From the sequence record OR258281.1: a stretch of DNA of 64,000 bases; one strand, given 5' to 3'. The position numbers were made by a program, and so were the translations under genes. Positions 44,798 through 53,761 of this stretch are shown piece after piece; the first letter of the stretch is position 1; each line of letters starts with the position of its first letter. The notes beneath the pieces were generated by a model, which was given only the letters and a program-made list of their open reading frames with translations, did not search any database and was not told the origin of the DNA.

Positions 44798-44852
44798 TGG
44801 ATTCTTACAGCAACCATAACCTTTACTGATGATAAAAGAAACCTAGAATCCA
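44798..44852 (+). ncRNA. ACAGCAA hairpin unit 5
   Basis: TGGATTCT-TACAGCAA..AGAATCCA-GTTTTAATTTAG; inner TTTA-CT-GAT-GA-TAAA. Confidence 0.65.
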
Positions 44853-44873
44853 GTTTTAATTTAGATATAGCTT

Positions 44874-45200
44874 ATGAATGAACTAGAGACATTAATACAT
44901 GAAGTGCATGATCACTTAGTAAACAATGCTATTTTAGACCCGACTATAAGAATTATAGCTCGTGCAAAAAATTTCAATATTAAGTACTTTAAGTTCAATA
45001 TATACCTGTGTTCCAGTAAAGTACTATATGGTGATGGCTGCGATGCACATGAAGTACCTTACTACTTTGAGAAAGACCATTATTTTAATGCAAGTTTAGA
45101 AAATGATATTAAAATCGATTTCAACACTATGGTAAAAATTGCATCTATACTTGAGTACTATAATATTCCCTATAGGTCATTTAATGATAGAGCCTACTAA
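44874..45200 (+). CDS. DEFFN-motif family protein
   Basis: KDHYFNASLEND. Confidence 0.62.
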   Translation: MNELETLIHEVHDHLVNNAILDPTIRIIARAKNFNIKYFKFNIYLCSSKVLYGDGCDAHEVPYYFEKDHYFNASLENDIKIDFNTMVKIASILEYYNIPYRSFNDRAY

Positions 45201-45564
45201 AATAATAAAAAAGTTGCATGAATGTATTGGGAATATCCACTTTGAATTTAAACGTAAGGGCGAAAGTGAAATATGGAAATGCCGTATAGAATATGGTATT
45301 CAAATTACATGTATTGCTGGTGTTTCACCTTGCCTTTATATAATACACAATGACAAACAAGTTCTTTTTATTACTGATCGAACGGTAGCACAAAATAAAA
45401 TCAAAATAGAAAACTATCATGTTTTGCAAAATAAAGATGAATTCTTTAATTTTATAATGCTAAATGACAGTGCAGGTTTTAATCGTATTGATTTTGTGCG
45501 TTTGCCAGAAATATATGAGTACTACATACATTTGTTTCAAAACCGAAAAATAAAAGTGCCGTAA
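45184..45564 (+). CDS. DEFFN-motif family protein
   Basis: KDEFFNFIMLND. Confidence 0.62.
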   Translation: MIEPTKIIKKLHECIGNIHFEFKRKGESEIWKCRIEYGIQITCIAGVSPCLYIIHNDKQVLFITDRTVAQNKIKIENYHVLQNKDEFFNFIMLNDSAGFNRIDFVRLPEIYEYYIHLFQNRKIKVP

Positions 45565-45717
45565 GTGTCGGCGGTTTCTATAAGCGTTGCCTCACTAGCC
45601 AGAGGAATGATGGAACCGGTTAACTAACTTTACGTGTTCGGGGCATAATACATGGCAAGTATTGTGTGCAAAGGTCGCACCTGAACTTTCATATAGTATC
45701 CGACTAGTACTATATGA
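45565..45717 (+). ncRNA. candidate structured RNA with a possible pseudoknot
   Basis: CGGTTTC/GGAACCG, GTTCGGG/CCTGAAC and TCATATAGTA/TACTATATGA stems; loop CCGAC complementary to 5' GTCGG. Confidence 0.5.
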
Positions 45718-45737
45718 GCCATTAATTAAGACTCTAT

Positions 45738-45881
45738 GGGGATATTCTACCACTTGCAAATCAACAAGAATTTGATCAACTCAGCGTTGGTTGAACGGTG
45801 GCTGGTGAGATTGAAACAGTACCATGGTGTGCACAAACTGGTACTGATTCAGAGTTGGTTCGATTCCGCTCTATCCCTTCA
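45738..45881 (+). ncRNA. tRNA-like RNA with acceptor and T-arm but an expanded body
   Basis: GGGGATA/TATCCCT acceptor, TTCGATT T-loop, CAGTACCA/TGGTACTG arm; no encoded CCA. Confidence 0.6.
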
Positions 45882-45887
45882 AATTTC

Positions 45888-45912
45888 AAGACTCGCATTG
45901 CGAGTCTTTTTT
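45888..45912 (+). terminator. intrinsic terminator after the ncRNA pair
   Basis: AAGACTCGC-ATT-GCGAGTCTT plus T tract. Confidence 0.8.
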
Positions 45913-45927
45913 GTTGGTTCAAAAAAA

Positions 45928-46323
45928 ATGAAACTTGATGAAATAGTACCAATGGTACTCAACGGAAACTATACTTGCCGTGCTTACGATTCAGTTAATA
46001 CTAGGTTAGTCGTCAGATTAACTATTGATGACCCGTATAAAACTGAGGCATTGATGGTATCAGGAAATTATGGCGTCAGGATTAATTTCAATACAGATAA
46101 TGTATGCATTAGACTTGGTACGGATAATGAAATAGGTTATTGTCTTGATTATATTAAATCCACGAATAAATCATTTAGTAAGATACCAACTGAACCGGAT
46201 GATATTTTCAATTTTAAAATAGTTAATGATTTTAATTTAGACGAAGACTTTAAAATGGCAATTTATAAACTGGCTGAAAGTTTTAACGTAATATATAAAA
46301 AACGGTACAATTTAAATGAATGA
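45928..46323 (+). CDS. DEFFN-motif family protein
   Basis: PDDIFNFKIVND; start taken as MKLDEIV after the terminator. Confidence 0.62.
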   Translation: MKLDEIVPMVLNGNYTCRAYDSVNTRLVVRLTIDDPYKTEALMVSGNYGVRINFNTDNVCIRLGTDNEIGYCLDYIKSTNKSFSKIPTEPDDIFNFKIVNDFNLDEDFKMAIYKLAESFNVIYKKRYNLNE

Positions 46324-46702
46324 AATTATAAACAAAGTACTTGATAAACAATTCTCAGTGCTACATCATTCTTCCGAAAACGGATTGTTTTTACTCTTTG
46401 TAAAAATCGGAAATATCACTGAATTAATGATAAATGTCTCTAGAAGTGGAATATTTGTCATTGGATTTTTTCAGATAGATTTTGAATTTGTGGTGCAGGA
46501 TGTATCAAAATTCGATATTTTTTATAAAGTATCAGATAATCCTAACTATGAAGTACTTCCAAAAACGACAGATGATATTTTCAATTTTAATTTAGTACAT
46601 TCAATTGATATATCTAATCCAAAAATTGGAGAATTCGTTCATGCATGTCATGAATTATATCATGATGAATTGTATAAAAACATACAGAATGTGTTACCAT
46701 GA
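46316..46702 (+). CDS. DEFFN-motif family protein
   Basis: TDDIFNFNLVH. Confidence 0.62.
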   Translation: MNEIINKVLDKQFSVLHHSSENGLFLLFVKIGNITELMINVSRSGIFVIGFFQIDFEFVVQDVSKFDIFYKVSDNPNYEVLPKTTDDIFNFNLVHSIDISNPKIGEFVHACHELYHDELYKNIQNVLP

Positions 46703-46893
46703 TAACAATCGACTGTTATATTTGCCATGAACCAAATCAGGTACTTAAACCACATAAAGTTCGTTATGGTGGATTTCTTAATTTAACATCACCGCGTACA
46801 GAATGTACTAATTGTGGTTCTTTTCTGTACTGTATTAAAGTAGAAAACGCGAACATTAAATTCACGAAATATGTTATGAAAGGAATGAAATAA
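46699..46893 (+). CDS. small zinc-ribbon protein
   Basis: CYIC..CTNC. Confidence 0.6.
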   Translation: MITIDCYICHEPNQVLKPHKVRYGGFLNLTSPRTECTNCGSFLYCIKVENANIKFTKYVMKGMK

Positions 46894-47105
46894 TGAGTCT
46901 TACCCTTACCCTCAATAAGAAACAGATCAAAGAACTTGCTGCACTTGTCGGCTTCCATGTACAAGATGTGACATTCGCTGATGAAAGTACTCAAGTAGTA
47001 ATTACACATGGCAATATTGAAGCTGATGATAATAATCCAGAATTCAATGGTATGCTGGTGTATAAAGTACCTGCCTCAGATAATGGCACACATCCTTTAG
47101 GCTAA
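46893..47105 (+). CDS. hypothetical protein
   Basis: Coupled start. Confidence 0.6.
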   Translation: MSLTLTLNKKQIKELAALVGFHVQDVTFADESTQVVITHGNIEADDNNPEFNGMLVYKVPASDNGTHPLG

Positions 47106-47111
47106 TTGCCT

Positions 47112-47486
47112 ATGAAAAGAAGTAGTGTAATATATTTCTGTAAAGAACTGGACAAAGATAAAGTACAGCTTAATAAACTATCAAGTACATATAATGCTGT
47201 CTTCTATGATGTTAAGTTAGGAAGAAGTACTTTCTATGTAACTTATAATAAAAACAAGAAATCAGTCATGCTTAATGCTGACGACTATCTGGTTAAGATG
47301 TGTAATGATAAAAACGTATCAGTTACCGTCAATCAAGTTAATACATATAATTCGGTACTTCTTCCTGCTGCATTAGCTACTAAAGATGAGTGGTTTAATT
47401 TTAATCTAATCTGTGATCTCCAGAAAAATGAAGTACTGATCATAAGAAAAGGAATGTACAAGTTACATTACATGGTTAATAAATGA
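47112..47486 (+). CDS. DEFFN-motif family protein
   Basis: KDEWFNFNLICD. Confidence 0.62.
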   Translation: MKRSSVIYFCKELDKDKVQLNKLSSTYNAVFYDVKLGRSTFYVTYNKNKKSVMLNADDYLVKMCNDKNVSVTVNQVNTYNSVLLPAALATKDEWFNFNLICDLQKNEVLIIRKGMYKLHYMVNK

Positions 47487-47866
47487 ATTATAATGAATTT
47501 ATTGAAAAAATTTTAGAGACAAAGCCTGAGTTTATTAGAAATATTAACACTCTACATTTTAATATTGAAGATATGTACTTAGAGGTTAACTTTGACAGTG
47601 GGTATTTTTTAGTTGAGCGACGATTTATAGATGACGAAGGATATCAAGTCGTAGCTTGCTGGAACGTCTATGAGTTAGATTATGTTAATGTTATATTAGC
47701 TAAAAACCATCAAGAATACCTTGATGAAATGGATGTAATACCAGATAACCTTAGCAAAGATGATTTTTTCAATTACACAGTTAACCATGAAGTCTTAATT
47801 TCATACGAAGAGTACCTTAATTTACATAACGTGTATAAAAGACTGGAAGAATTTTATGGAATTTAG
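47483..47866 (+). CDS. DEFFN-motif family protein
   Basis: KDDFFNYTVNH. Confidence 0.65.
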   Translation: MNYNEFIEKILETKPEFIRNINTLHFNIEDMYLEVNFDSGYFLVERRFIDDEGYQVVACWNVYELDYVNVILAKNHQEYLDEMDVIPDNLSKDDFFNYTVNHEVLISYEEYLNLHNVYKRLEEFYGI

Positions 47867-48287
47867 TATATCAGATTGTTATAATGCATTTAATAATGAT
47901 TATGTTTCAGTACTAAATCGTTATCGTTCACGTATAGTATTTGAATGGGGTCAATACATCTTAAAATTTAATATAGTAGAGACCATATATAAAGGATACT
48001 ATACTATTAAATTAAAAAATGATGCAAGTGTAGTATATGATGAATATGGTACATATACTAACCAATGCAGATTTGTAGTGGATTTTAATACTATTATTCC
48101 AGTTACTGATTTACACATCAAGTTCGACAGTGAATCTAATTTAGAAGTACTTAGACTTAATTGTACAAAAGATGAGTATTTTAACTATTGTTTATACTAC
48201 GATACTCCTTTCAAATTTGAAGAACTCCATTTTTTTGAAAAACTGTACCATCTAGTACAAAGGAAATATTTTGATGAAAAATCATAA
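47856..48287 (+). CDS. DEFFN-motif family protein
   Basis: KDEYFNYCLYYD. Confidence 0.65.
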   Translation: MEFSISDCYNAFNNDYVSVLNRYRSRIVFEWGQYILKFNIVETIYKGYYTIKLKNDASVVYDEYGTYTNQCRFVVDFNTIIPVTDLHIKFDSESNLEVLRLNCTKDEYFNYCLYYDTPFKFEELHFFEKLYHLVQRKYFDEKS

Positions 48288-48666
48288 TAAAATAATCGAA
48301 GAATTTTGGAAGTACTTTGAAGAAGCAATTGAGTCTGATAAGAAATTTCATTCCTTCTATCATATTTTCACAATGGATATTGACAAATACAATATAGTTT
48401 TGGGATCTGATTATTTCATTATCAGAATTCAAAATGACCCAATTGTAGCGTTCAATGATACTAAAGATCTTAATAACTATATTATTACGCATGACTTTCC
48501 ACTTAAAAATCATACTCCTTATTTTAAATCTCATGATGAATATTTCAACTACAGTTTAGAAAATGAATGTGTACTTACATGGGATAGTATATTGGTAATT
48601 GATAAAATTATTGATAAGATCCATTCAATGCAAATTCCATTTAAAGTACAAAGCAGGCAGATATAA
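48271..48666 (+). CDS. DEFFN-motif family protein
   Basis: HDEYFNYSLEN. Confidence 0.65.
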   Translation: MMKNHNKIIEEFWKYFEEAIESDKKFHSFYHIFTMDIDKYNIVLGSDYFIIRIQNDPIVAFNDTKDLNNYIITHDFPLKNHTPYFKSHDEYFNYSLENECVLTWDSILVIDKIIDKIHSMQIPFKVQSRQI

Positions 48667-48669
48667 TTT

Positions 48670-49131
48670 ATGGCTATTGATAGTAGTTCATATTATTACA
48701 GAAGTACTACTGATATTATGATAGGAAACATGACATTGCTGGAAAAATTGAATATGATCTATGATATTCTGCCTTATGCATGTTTAAGTACTTCAGATGT
48801 GATATATGTACTAACTGGTATGGGAATAGATGATTTAAATAGATTTCGAACTCCTGAAACTGAGACTCAAACAGTTAGAACTTATTTCTTCTCCAATGAC
48901 AAGCTCGGAATTGAGTTGGAAATCTGTGACGATACGACTGTTTTCAGAACAAATACCAAAATAGTAATATTAAGATTATCTCAAAATAATTTTTCTTTTA
49001 ACGGATATTATACTGTTAACTATATTGAAACTAAAGAAGACCATTTCAATGAAACCATGATGAATCCAGACATAACAGATTGGGAAATTTATGAAATGGT
49101 ACAGAAGATTAAGAATGCCCTTCCTACATAA
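48670..49131 (+). CDS. DEFFN-motif family protein (divergent)
   Basis: KEDHFNETMMN. Confidence 0.6.
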   Translation: MAIDSSSYYYRSTTDIMIGNMTLLEKLNMIYDILPYACLSTSDVIYVLTGMGIDDLNRFRTPETETQTVRTYFFSNDKLGIELEICDDTTVFRTNTKIVILRLSQNNFSFNGYYTVNYIETKEDHFNETMMNPDITDWEIYEMVQKIKNALPT

Positions 49132-49174
49132 ATAATTTCGTACAATTCAGTACTGAAAATTAAAGGAAGCAAGG

Positions 49175-49540
49175 ATGTTTCACACAAAATTACAAGTTGA
49201 GCTACAAGACGATGGAAGTACCTGGAAAACTCTTCAGGATTTAGTTTATGAAGATGAGATGGAAGGGTTCATAGGCGTCCCTGAAGCGTATTTGACGGAC
49301 TTTGCAAGCGTACCCCGAATCCCGGTTGTCTTTGACCTCGTAGGCGATTATGGACACGCTGCCGCCACTGTACATGACTATCTGTATGACCACGGAAAGA
49401 TCACACGTAAAGAAATCGATAAAGTGTTTCATAGAGCACTACTTGATACCGGAGTTGGAAAGTTCAGATCATACATCATGTATAAAGGTGTGAGACTTTT
49501 TGGTTTTATAGCGTTCAGAAACGCACGCAAAGGAAAATAA
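49175..49540 (+). CDS. DUF1353-family protein
   Basis: VP...LTDFASVPR..AATVHDYLY motif. Confidence 0.8.
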   Translation: MFHTKLQVELQDDGSTWKTLQDLVYEDEMEGFIGVPEAYLTDFASVPRIPVVFDLVGDYGHAAATVHDYLYDHGKITRKEIDKVFHRALLDTGVGKFRSYIMYKGVRLFGFIAFRNARKGK

Positions 49541-49953
49541 TGAACATTGATTATTTCAAGAAACAAGATATTAAAAACATGCAATCTGCTCTCAGATATG
49601 TTATCGATAATTTTGACAGGATCAAAACGGTACTTAACGAAGACCTCATAGCAAAAACCTCTCCGGTATCTATTAAGTACCCAAGAAATTATTGTCATAA
49701 CGTCAATGTAGAAGTACTTAAGTCCAAGATTGTTATTATAAACACCCATAGATATGCTTTTATTTTTGATGATCATACAATAATTAAGAGATGTGGAGTT
49801 GTTACCTATAACTTTCAACATGATTTAAGCAAAGATGAATTTTTTAATATGAGTATTAATTATGATACTTATGGGTTAACCTTTGAGGATCTTGAAATAA
49901 TCAGTACTATCAAAACTGTATTAGGAGGTATTATTAGTGGGCAACAATGTTGA
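49540..49953 (+). CDS. DEFFN-motif family protein
   Basis: KDEFFNMSINYD. Confidence 0.65.
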   Translation: MNIDYFKKQDIKNMQSALRYVIDNFDRIKTVLNEDLIAKTSPVSIKYPRNYCHNVNVEVLKSKIVIINTHRYAFIFDDHTIIKRCGVVTYNFQHDLSKDEFFNMSINYDTYGLTFEDLEIISTIKTVLGGIISGQQC

Positions 49954-50407
49954 TATAAAGTTTGAAGGTTTAAAGACTGCACTGAAGATGGTATATAGTT
50001 CTGAGAGTGCTATTCTTAATTTAATCAATAACAAACAAATCAATCTCAAGAAAAATAAACATAAAGATTTAACTAACTATAATTCAATATTAGCAACATA
50101 TGGTGGATATGTATCTGAAGAAAAGTTCCCTTGTATACTGGAATCAGATACATTGGGTGATGTTAACATTCACATATATAAAACCTATATCTTGTTGAAC
50201 TACAAAAAAAACAATTACAGATTAGATAAAGGTTCATTAATGGTTAATGAATATGAAGTTGATATCAGTGATGTAGACACTAAACAGGATATGTTTAGTT
50301 TTAGTACTTTACGTGATTTTTATGATCTTGATTACGATGATATTGAACGCACAAAACATATCTATAAAGTTCTCATTGAAGCCGCTGATAAAGCAAGAAA
50401 TGCTTGA
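49937..50407 (+). CDS. DEFFN-motif family protein
   Basis: KQDMFSFSTLRD. Confidence 0.6.
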   Translation: MGNNVDIKFEGLKTALKMVYSSESAILNLINNKQINLKKNKHKDLTNYNSILATYGGYVSEEKFPCILESDTLGDVNIHIYKTYILLNYKKNNYRLDKGSLMVNEYEVDISDVDTKQDMFSFSTLRDFYDLDYDDIERTKHIYKVLIEAADKARNA

Positions 50408-50467
50408 TTTATTTTAAAAACCCTGATAGGATCACTTCATCGGGGTTTTCTTTTTACAGGAAAGACC

Positions 50468-50986
50468 TTGAAAAGTACTAATAAGATTACCGAAATTTAT
50501 CGCAGTGTTGGCGTCCAAGAGTACTATAAAACTGTAGGCTCTGAATACGTTAATCCTCACAAGGATTTTGTTTATCAGTGTCTTGATGAACTTAATTGTA
50601 CTGCTGGCGGTACTGTACTTGATCTCGCTTGTGGTACAGGTGATGTGAGTATGTACTTTAAAGCTGCAAGTTGTGTAGGTTCCGATAAGTTCCTGTACAA
50701 CGAGTACCAGGATATTACTGGTAACAACTGCTATCAGTATTCGTTTGAAGATATAGCAGATTTTAATTTCGACATTAAAGAAACCATTGATTTGATTGTA
50801 TGTAGTTATGCTATAGATTTAGTACCTAGTACTTATCTTAACAAGCTACTGTACTCACTGAGTACTATAAGTTCAAGAATGATTTTGATTAGACCGAACT
50901 CGCATATAGTGCCTGAAAAGTACTGGAGGGTAGTTCAAAAGGTGAAGCACGGGAAAAGTAGAGGGGTACTATATGAAACGTATTGA
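50468..50986 (+). CDS. class I SAM-dependent methyltransferase-like protein
   Basis: VLDLACGTGDV motif I; IDLIVCSYA. Confidence 0.75.
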   Translation: MKSTNKITEIYRSVGVQEYYKTVGSEYVNPHKDFVYQCLDELNCTAGGTVLDLACGTGDVSMYFKAASCVGSDKFLYNEYQDITGNNCYQYSFEDIADFNFDIKETIDLIVCSYAIDLVPSTYLNKLLYSLSTISSRMILIRPNSHIVPEKYWRVVQKVKHGKSRGVLYETY

Positions 50987-51458
50987 TTTTGTTGATGAAG
51001 TACTGAACAACATTTCTGGTCTAGTAAGTCACAAAGTACCACATAAACATGTTCATACTTCTGATATGGATGTGAAGATTTATACAGTTTATTTCCATAA
51101 TCACCTTTACTATCTGTATTACAATTTTAAAAATAATACATTCAGTATCAGTGATTATAATTCAAGAAAGAAAACAATGGTTCAGTCCATTAGTATTACT
51201 TTCTATGAAAATACATTCGCTGTGTATTGGGAAAATAAAGCACATTTTCTTCCAAGTTTAAGTACTAAAGCATTCCATATCAATCGTGATATTACCCGTG
51301 CTGAACTTGACAAGATACCTTTATCTAAAAGGCACGTAACTCACCATCAGTTTGTAAAGCTGGACTATATTGAGAAAGAATTCAAGCGTAAGAAGCGTCA
51401 CCGTAATAATTTACTGTACCGTATTGGATTCCATATTCGTAGTATAATTCGTATGTAG
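50973..51458 (+). CDS. hypothetical protein
   Basis: GAGGGG SD. Confidence 0.62.
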   Translation: MKRIDFVDEVLNNISGLVSHKVPHKHVHTSDMDVKIYTVYFHNHLYYLYYNFKNNTFSISDYNSRKKTMVQSISITFYENTFAVYWENKAHFLPSLSTKAFHINRDITRAELDKIPLSKRHVTHHQFVKLDYIEKEFKRKKRHRNNLLYRIGFHIRSIIRM

Positions 51459-51463
51459 AATGC

Positions 51464-51487
51464 AAAAAAGGAGCCATATGGCTCCTT
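51464..51487. terminator. terminator between convergent genes
   Basis: A-run plus AAGGAGCC/GGCTCCTT. Confidence 0.75.
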
Positions 51488-51489
51488 CA

Positions 51490-52641
51490 TTATTTCCCAC
51501 TGATAACAATACGTGCATCAAATGGATCATCTACTGTCAGTACAACATCGTTATTCTCTTTAATTACGCGTTGTTCCTGAATAATATGATAATCAGTTCC
51601 TGAAATAAGTTCAGATAACTGAACAACAATATTATCAGACTGATTATGTATGCTTTGAGGTATAGTATAAGTATAAACAGAACCACTTTTTTCCCAATCA
51701 GAACTTAAAATGTTGTCTGCATAAACTGAGTGCTGAGTACTGTCGCCAATCATGACAAGGTTAAGTGACTGTGCAGTATTCTGGTTAACAACAATATCAC
51801 CAGTACTGATACTGTAATTTATAGATGGAACATATAAAGTACCGGTAGTACTCTGTGCCTGTACAATAAAGTTAACACCACGATTATGAGTACTGCCTAA
51901 TAGTGTTGCAGCATAAGTACCATCACTCTGTTGTACAAAGGAGGAACTAGGTATTGCATAAGATGTTACATAATCACTATCAACATCATCACCTACTACT
52001 GGAACTGTTACATCAGCAGTCTTATAGTACGGAGATATAACATTTATACTTACAACTCCAGTACTTGTAAGTTCAGGAACAGTAACACTGAACCGCATAT
52101 TAGTTACAGTACCTGTATATGAATTAGAGCCAATTGTTACTGTTACATTCATTCCGTCTTCAACCAGATCACCAACAGCAGGCATGATAGTACCAGTAAT
52201 TATTGTATCGCCAACCCGTACAGTATCAACATATACTGCACCGAGCATTTGCTTTGGTAGTCCACAAGTAGGTGGAACCAAATCATAAAGATGAATACCG
52301 GTACTCAGTATAACTTTGTGGTCAAAGAACTTGATAGCGAAACCATAGTCATTATTGATGTTCATGGAACGAACATAAAAATGACCGTTCCTTATCTGAT
52401 TTATTAGTTCATCATCACTCTTTGAATAATCAAGTTGTTTACCTTGTTTATCTAATCCGGTGATCCTGAGTGAACGGTGTAGTACTCCATTTTCGTCTTT
52501 AATATCGAAGTCATATGAGTTACGCTGTTTGTGTATTCGTGCATTCGTGAGTGTTGTACCATCTTTCAGTACTGCACCTTGTATTAAAAAGCCGCAAATA
52601 CCATATGGGTATCTGCCAGCCGCTGCAATAGTTTTAGCCAT
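51490..52641 (-). CDS. probable virion structural protein with beta-rich (Ig-like) repeats
   Basis: Ser/Thr/Val-rich with a duplicated domain; lone - strand gene; GGAG SD before MAKT; TATAAATA upstream. Confidence 0.6.
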   Translation of the reverse strand: MAKTIAAAGRYPYGICGFLIQGAVLKDGTTLTNARIHKQRNSYDFDIKDENGVLHRSLRITGLDKQGKQLDYSKSDDELINQIRNGHFYVRSMNINNDYGFAIKFFDHKVILSTGIHLYDLVPPTCGLPKQMLGAVYVDTVRVGDTIITGTIMPAVGDLVEDGMNVTVTIGSNSYTGTVTNMRFSVTVPELTSTGVVSINVISPYYKTADVTVPVVGDDVDSDYVTSYAIPSSSFVQQSDGTYAATLLGSTHNRGVNFIVQAQSTTGTLYVPSINYSISTGDIVVNQNTAQSLNLVMIGDSTQHSVYADNILSSDWEKSGSVYTYTIPQSIHNQSDNIVVQLSELISGTDYHIIQEQRVIKENNDVVLTVDDPFDARIVISGK

Positions 52642-52697
52642 TTTTGTCTCCATAGAGGTACTAAACATTTATGATGTATTTACCTCGAAAAATGCAA

Positions 52698-52705
52698 TAT
52701 TTATA
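52698..52705 (-). promoter_or_regulatory. T4-type late promoter
   Basis: TATAAATA on the - strand about 55 nt upstream of the structural gene. Confidence 0.5.
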
Positions 52706-52714
52706 GGTATTATA

Positions 52715-53281
52715 ATGAGTCGTTATAGAATTTTTAATGAAGATATTAAGGTAAAAATCTTCAACTCTGAGTACGAATTGTTCTGTGAACAGGCAGAAGT
52801 TAAAGCAAAAAAGTACCAGAACATTGCAAGAAGTAAAAGTCCATATGGTTTTAATACCGCACACTCGCACATTGTTGGGTTAGTAACTGAATACGCTGCA
52901 CTACTTATGTTTAAAGGTATTGAGGAAACCAATGGTATTGAACTTAATATTGATCCTGTATTTCAGGACAATACAAGAGACTCACAATGTGATATTGTAG
53001 TTAATAATCTGAGAATTGAAGTCAAAGGGATTAAGTACAAATCATGGGTTGAATACGGCCCATGCATCAGTAATATTCAATACGATAGACTACTAAAGAA
53101 AGCAGATGTAGTTCTGTGGGCATTATATAATGAACGTCAGCAGGAAGTTACCTTTAAGGGTTTCAACCGTGTATCTGATATTTCAACATTAAGGCCAGTA
53201 CTTACTGGTCCTGAAGGAAAACAAATCCTGAACTATAAAGTACTAGATTTAGTTAAACCACTAAAAGAACTTAATATATGA
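52715..53281 (+). CDS. PD-(D/E)xK nuclease-like protein
   Basis: CDIVVNNLRIEVKG motif; ATG 52715. Confidence 0.6.
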   Translation: MSRYRIFNEDIKVKIFNSEYELFCEQAEVKAKKYQNIARSKSPYGFNTAHSHIVGLVTEYAALLMFKGIEETNGIELNIDPVFQDNTRDSQCDIVVNNLRIEVKGIKYKSWVEYGPCISNIQYDRLLKKADVVLWALYNERQQEVTFKGFNRVSDISTLRPVLTGPEGKQILNYKVLDLVKPLKELNI

Positions 53282-53658
53282 TCTATATTATGGTCGGTGT
53301 AGTACTTCTGGTTATAGCAGCATATGCAATAGCTTTGTACAATCAGCCTATATGTGCCACTGATAAATTCCTTAACAGTAATGGTATATTTCTGGTGAAC
53401 AATATAATTATGTACAACGGCGATGAGTTCTGGACTGACAACAATGATTTAATAATTAAAGCTGGTAAAGTACATTACAGAATAAGGAAAAAACATGGTA
53501 CTTATGATGTATTACTTGCAGATCATGATTGTATTATTGCTGAGAAAATCCGTTTATATCAACGGCAGAAAGTTGAAATAAAAAAGTTAAAAAGACTCTT
53601 TGCAACGAAGCCTTATTATGATAATCTTGTCTCCAGTGAAAAAACGGGATGTGCATGA
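53278..53658 (+). CDS. membrane-anchored protein
   Basis: N-terminal transmembrane helix. Confidence 0.6.
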   Translation: MIYIMVGVVLLVIAAYAIALYNQPICATDKFLNSNGIFLVNNIIMYNGDEFWTDNNDLIIKAGKVHYRIRKKHGTYDVLLADHDCIIAEKIRLYQRQKVEIKKLKRLFATKPYYDNLVSSEKTGCA

Positions 53659-53761
53659 AACTGAATACGATTCGTGAAAATTTTGGAGTGACCTTCAAAA
53701 ATTAATCCAGTACTCAAAAGTGCATGAAAACTGAACCAATCATTAGAGTGCAGAGGTTGAA

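Noticed and set aside
44826-44842. Hammerhead ribozyme core (CTGATGA..GAAA)
   Set aside because: No stem II and no correctly placed NUH cleavage triplet; better read as an anticodon-like loop.
43611-44852. CRISPR array
   Set aside because: Repeats are the two arms of hairpins with variable spacing, two spacers are near-identical, and no cas genes are present.
45738-45881. tmRNA
   Set aside because: Too short, no G3-U70 alanine identity pair, no CCA and no tag reading frame.
45736-45927. N-terminal extension of ORF 45736-46323
   Set aside because: It overlaps a tRNA-like structure and a strong terminator; ATG 45928 gives a protein of typical family size.
52460-52714. Long N-terminal extension of the PD-(D/E)xK gene
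   Set aside because: It overlaps the divergent - strand gene; ATG 52715 is the plausible start.
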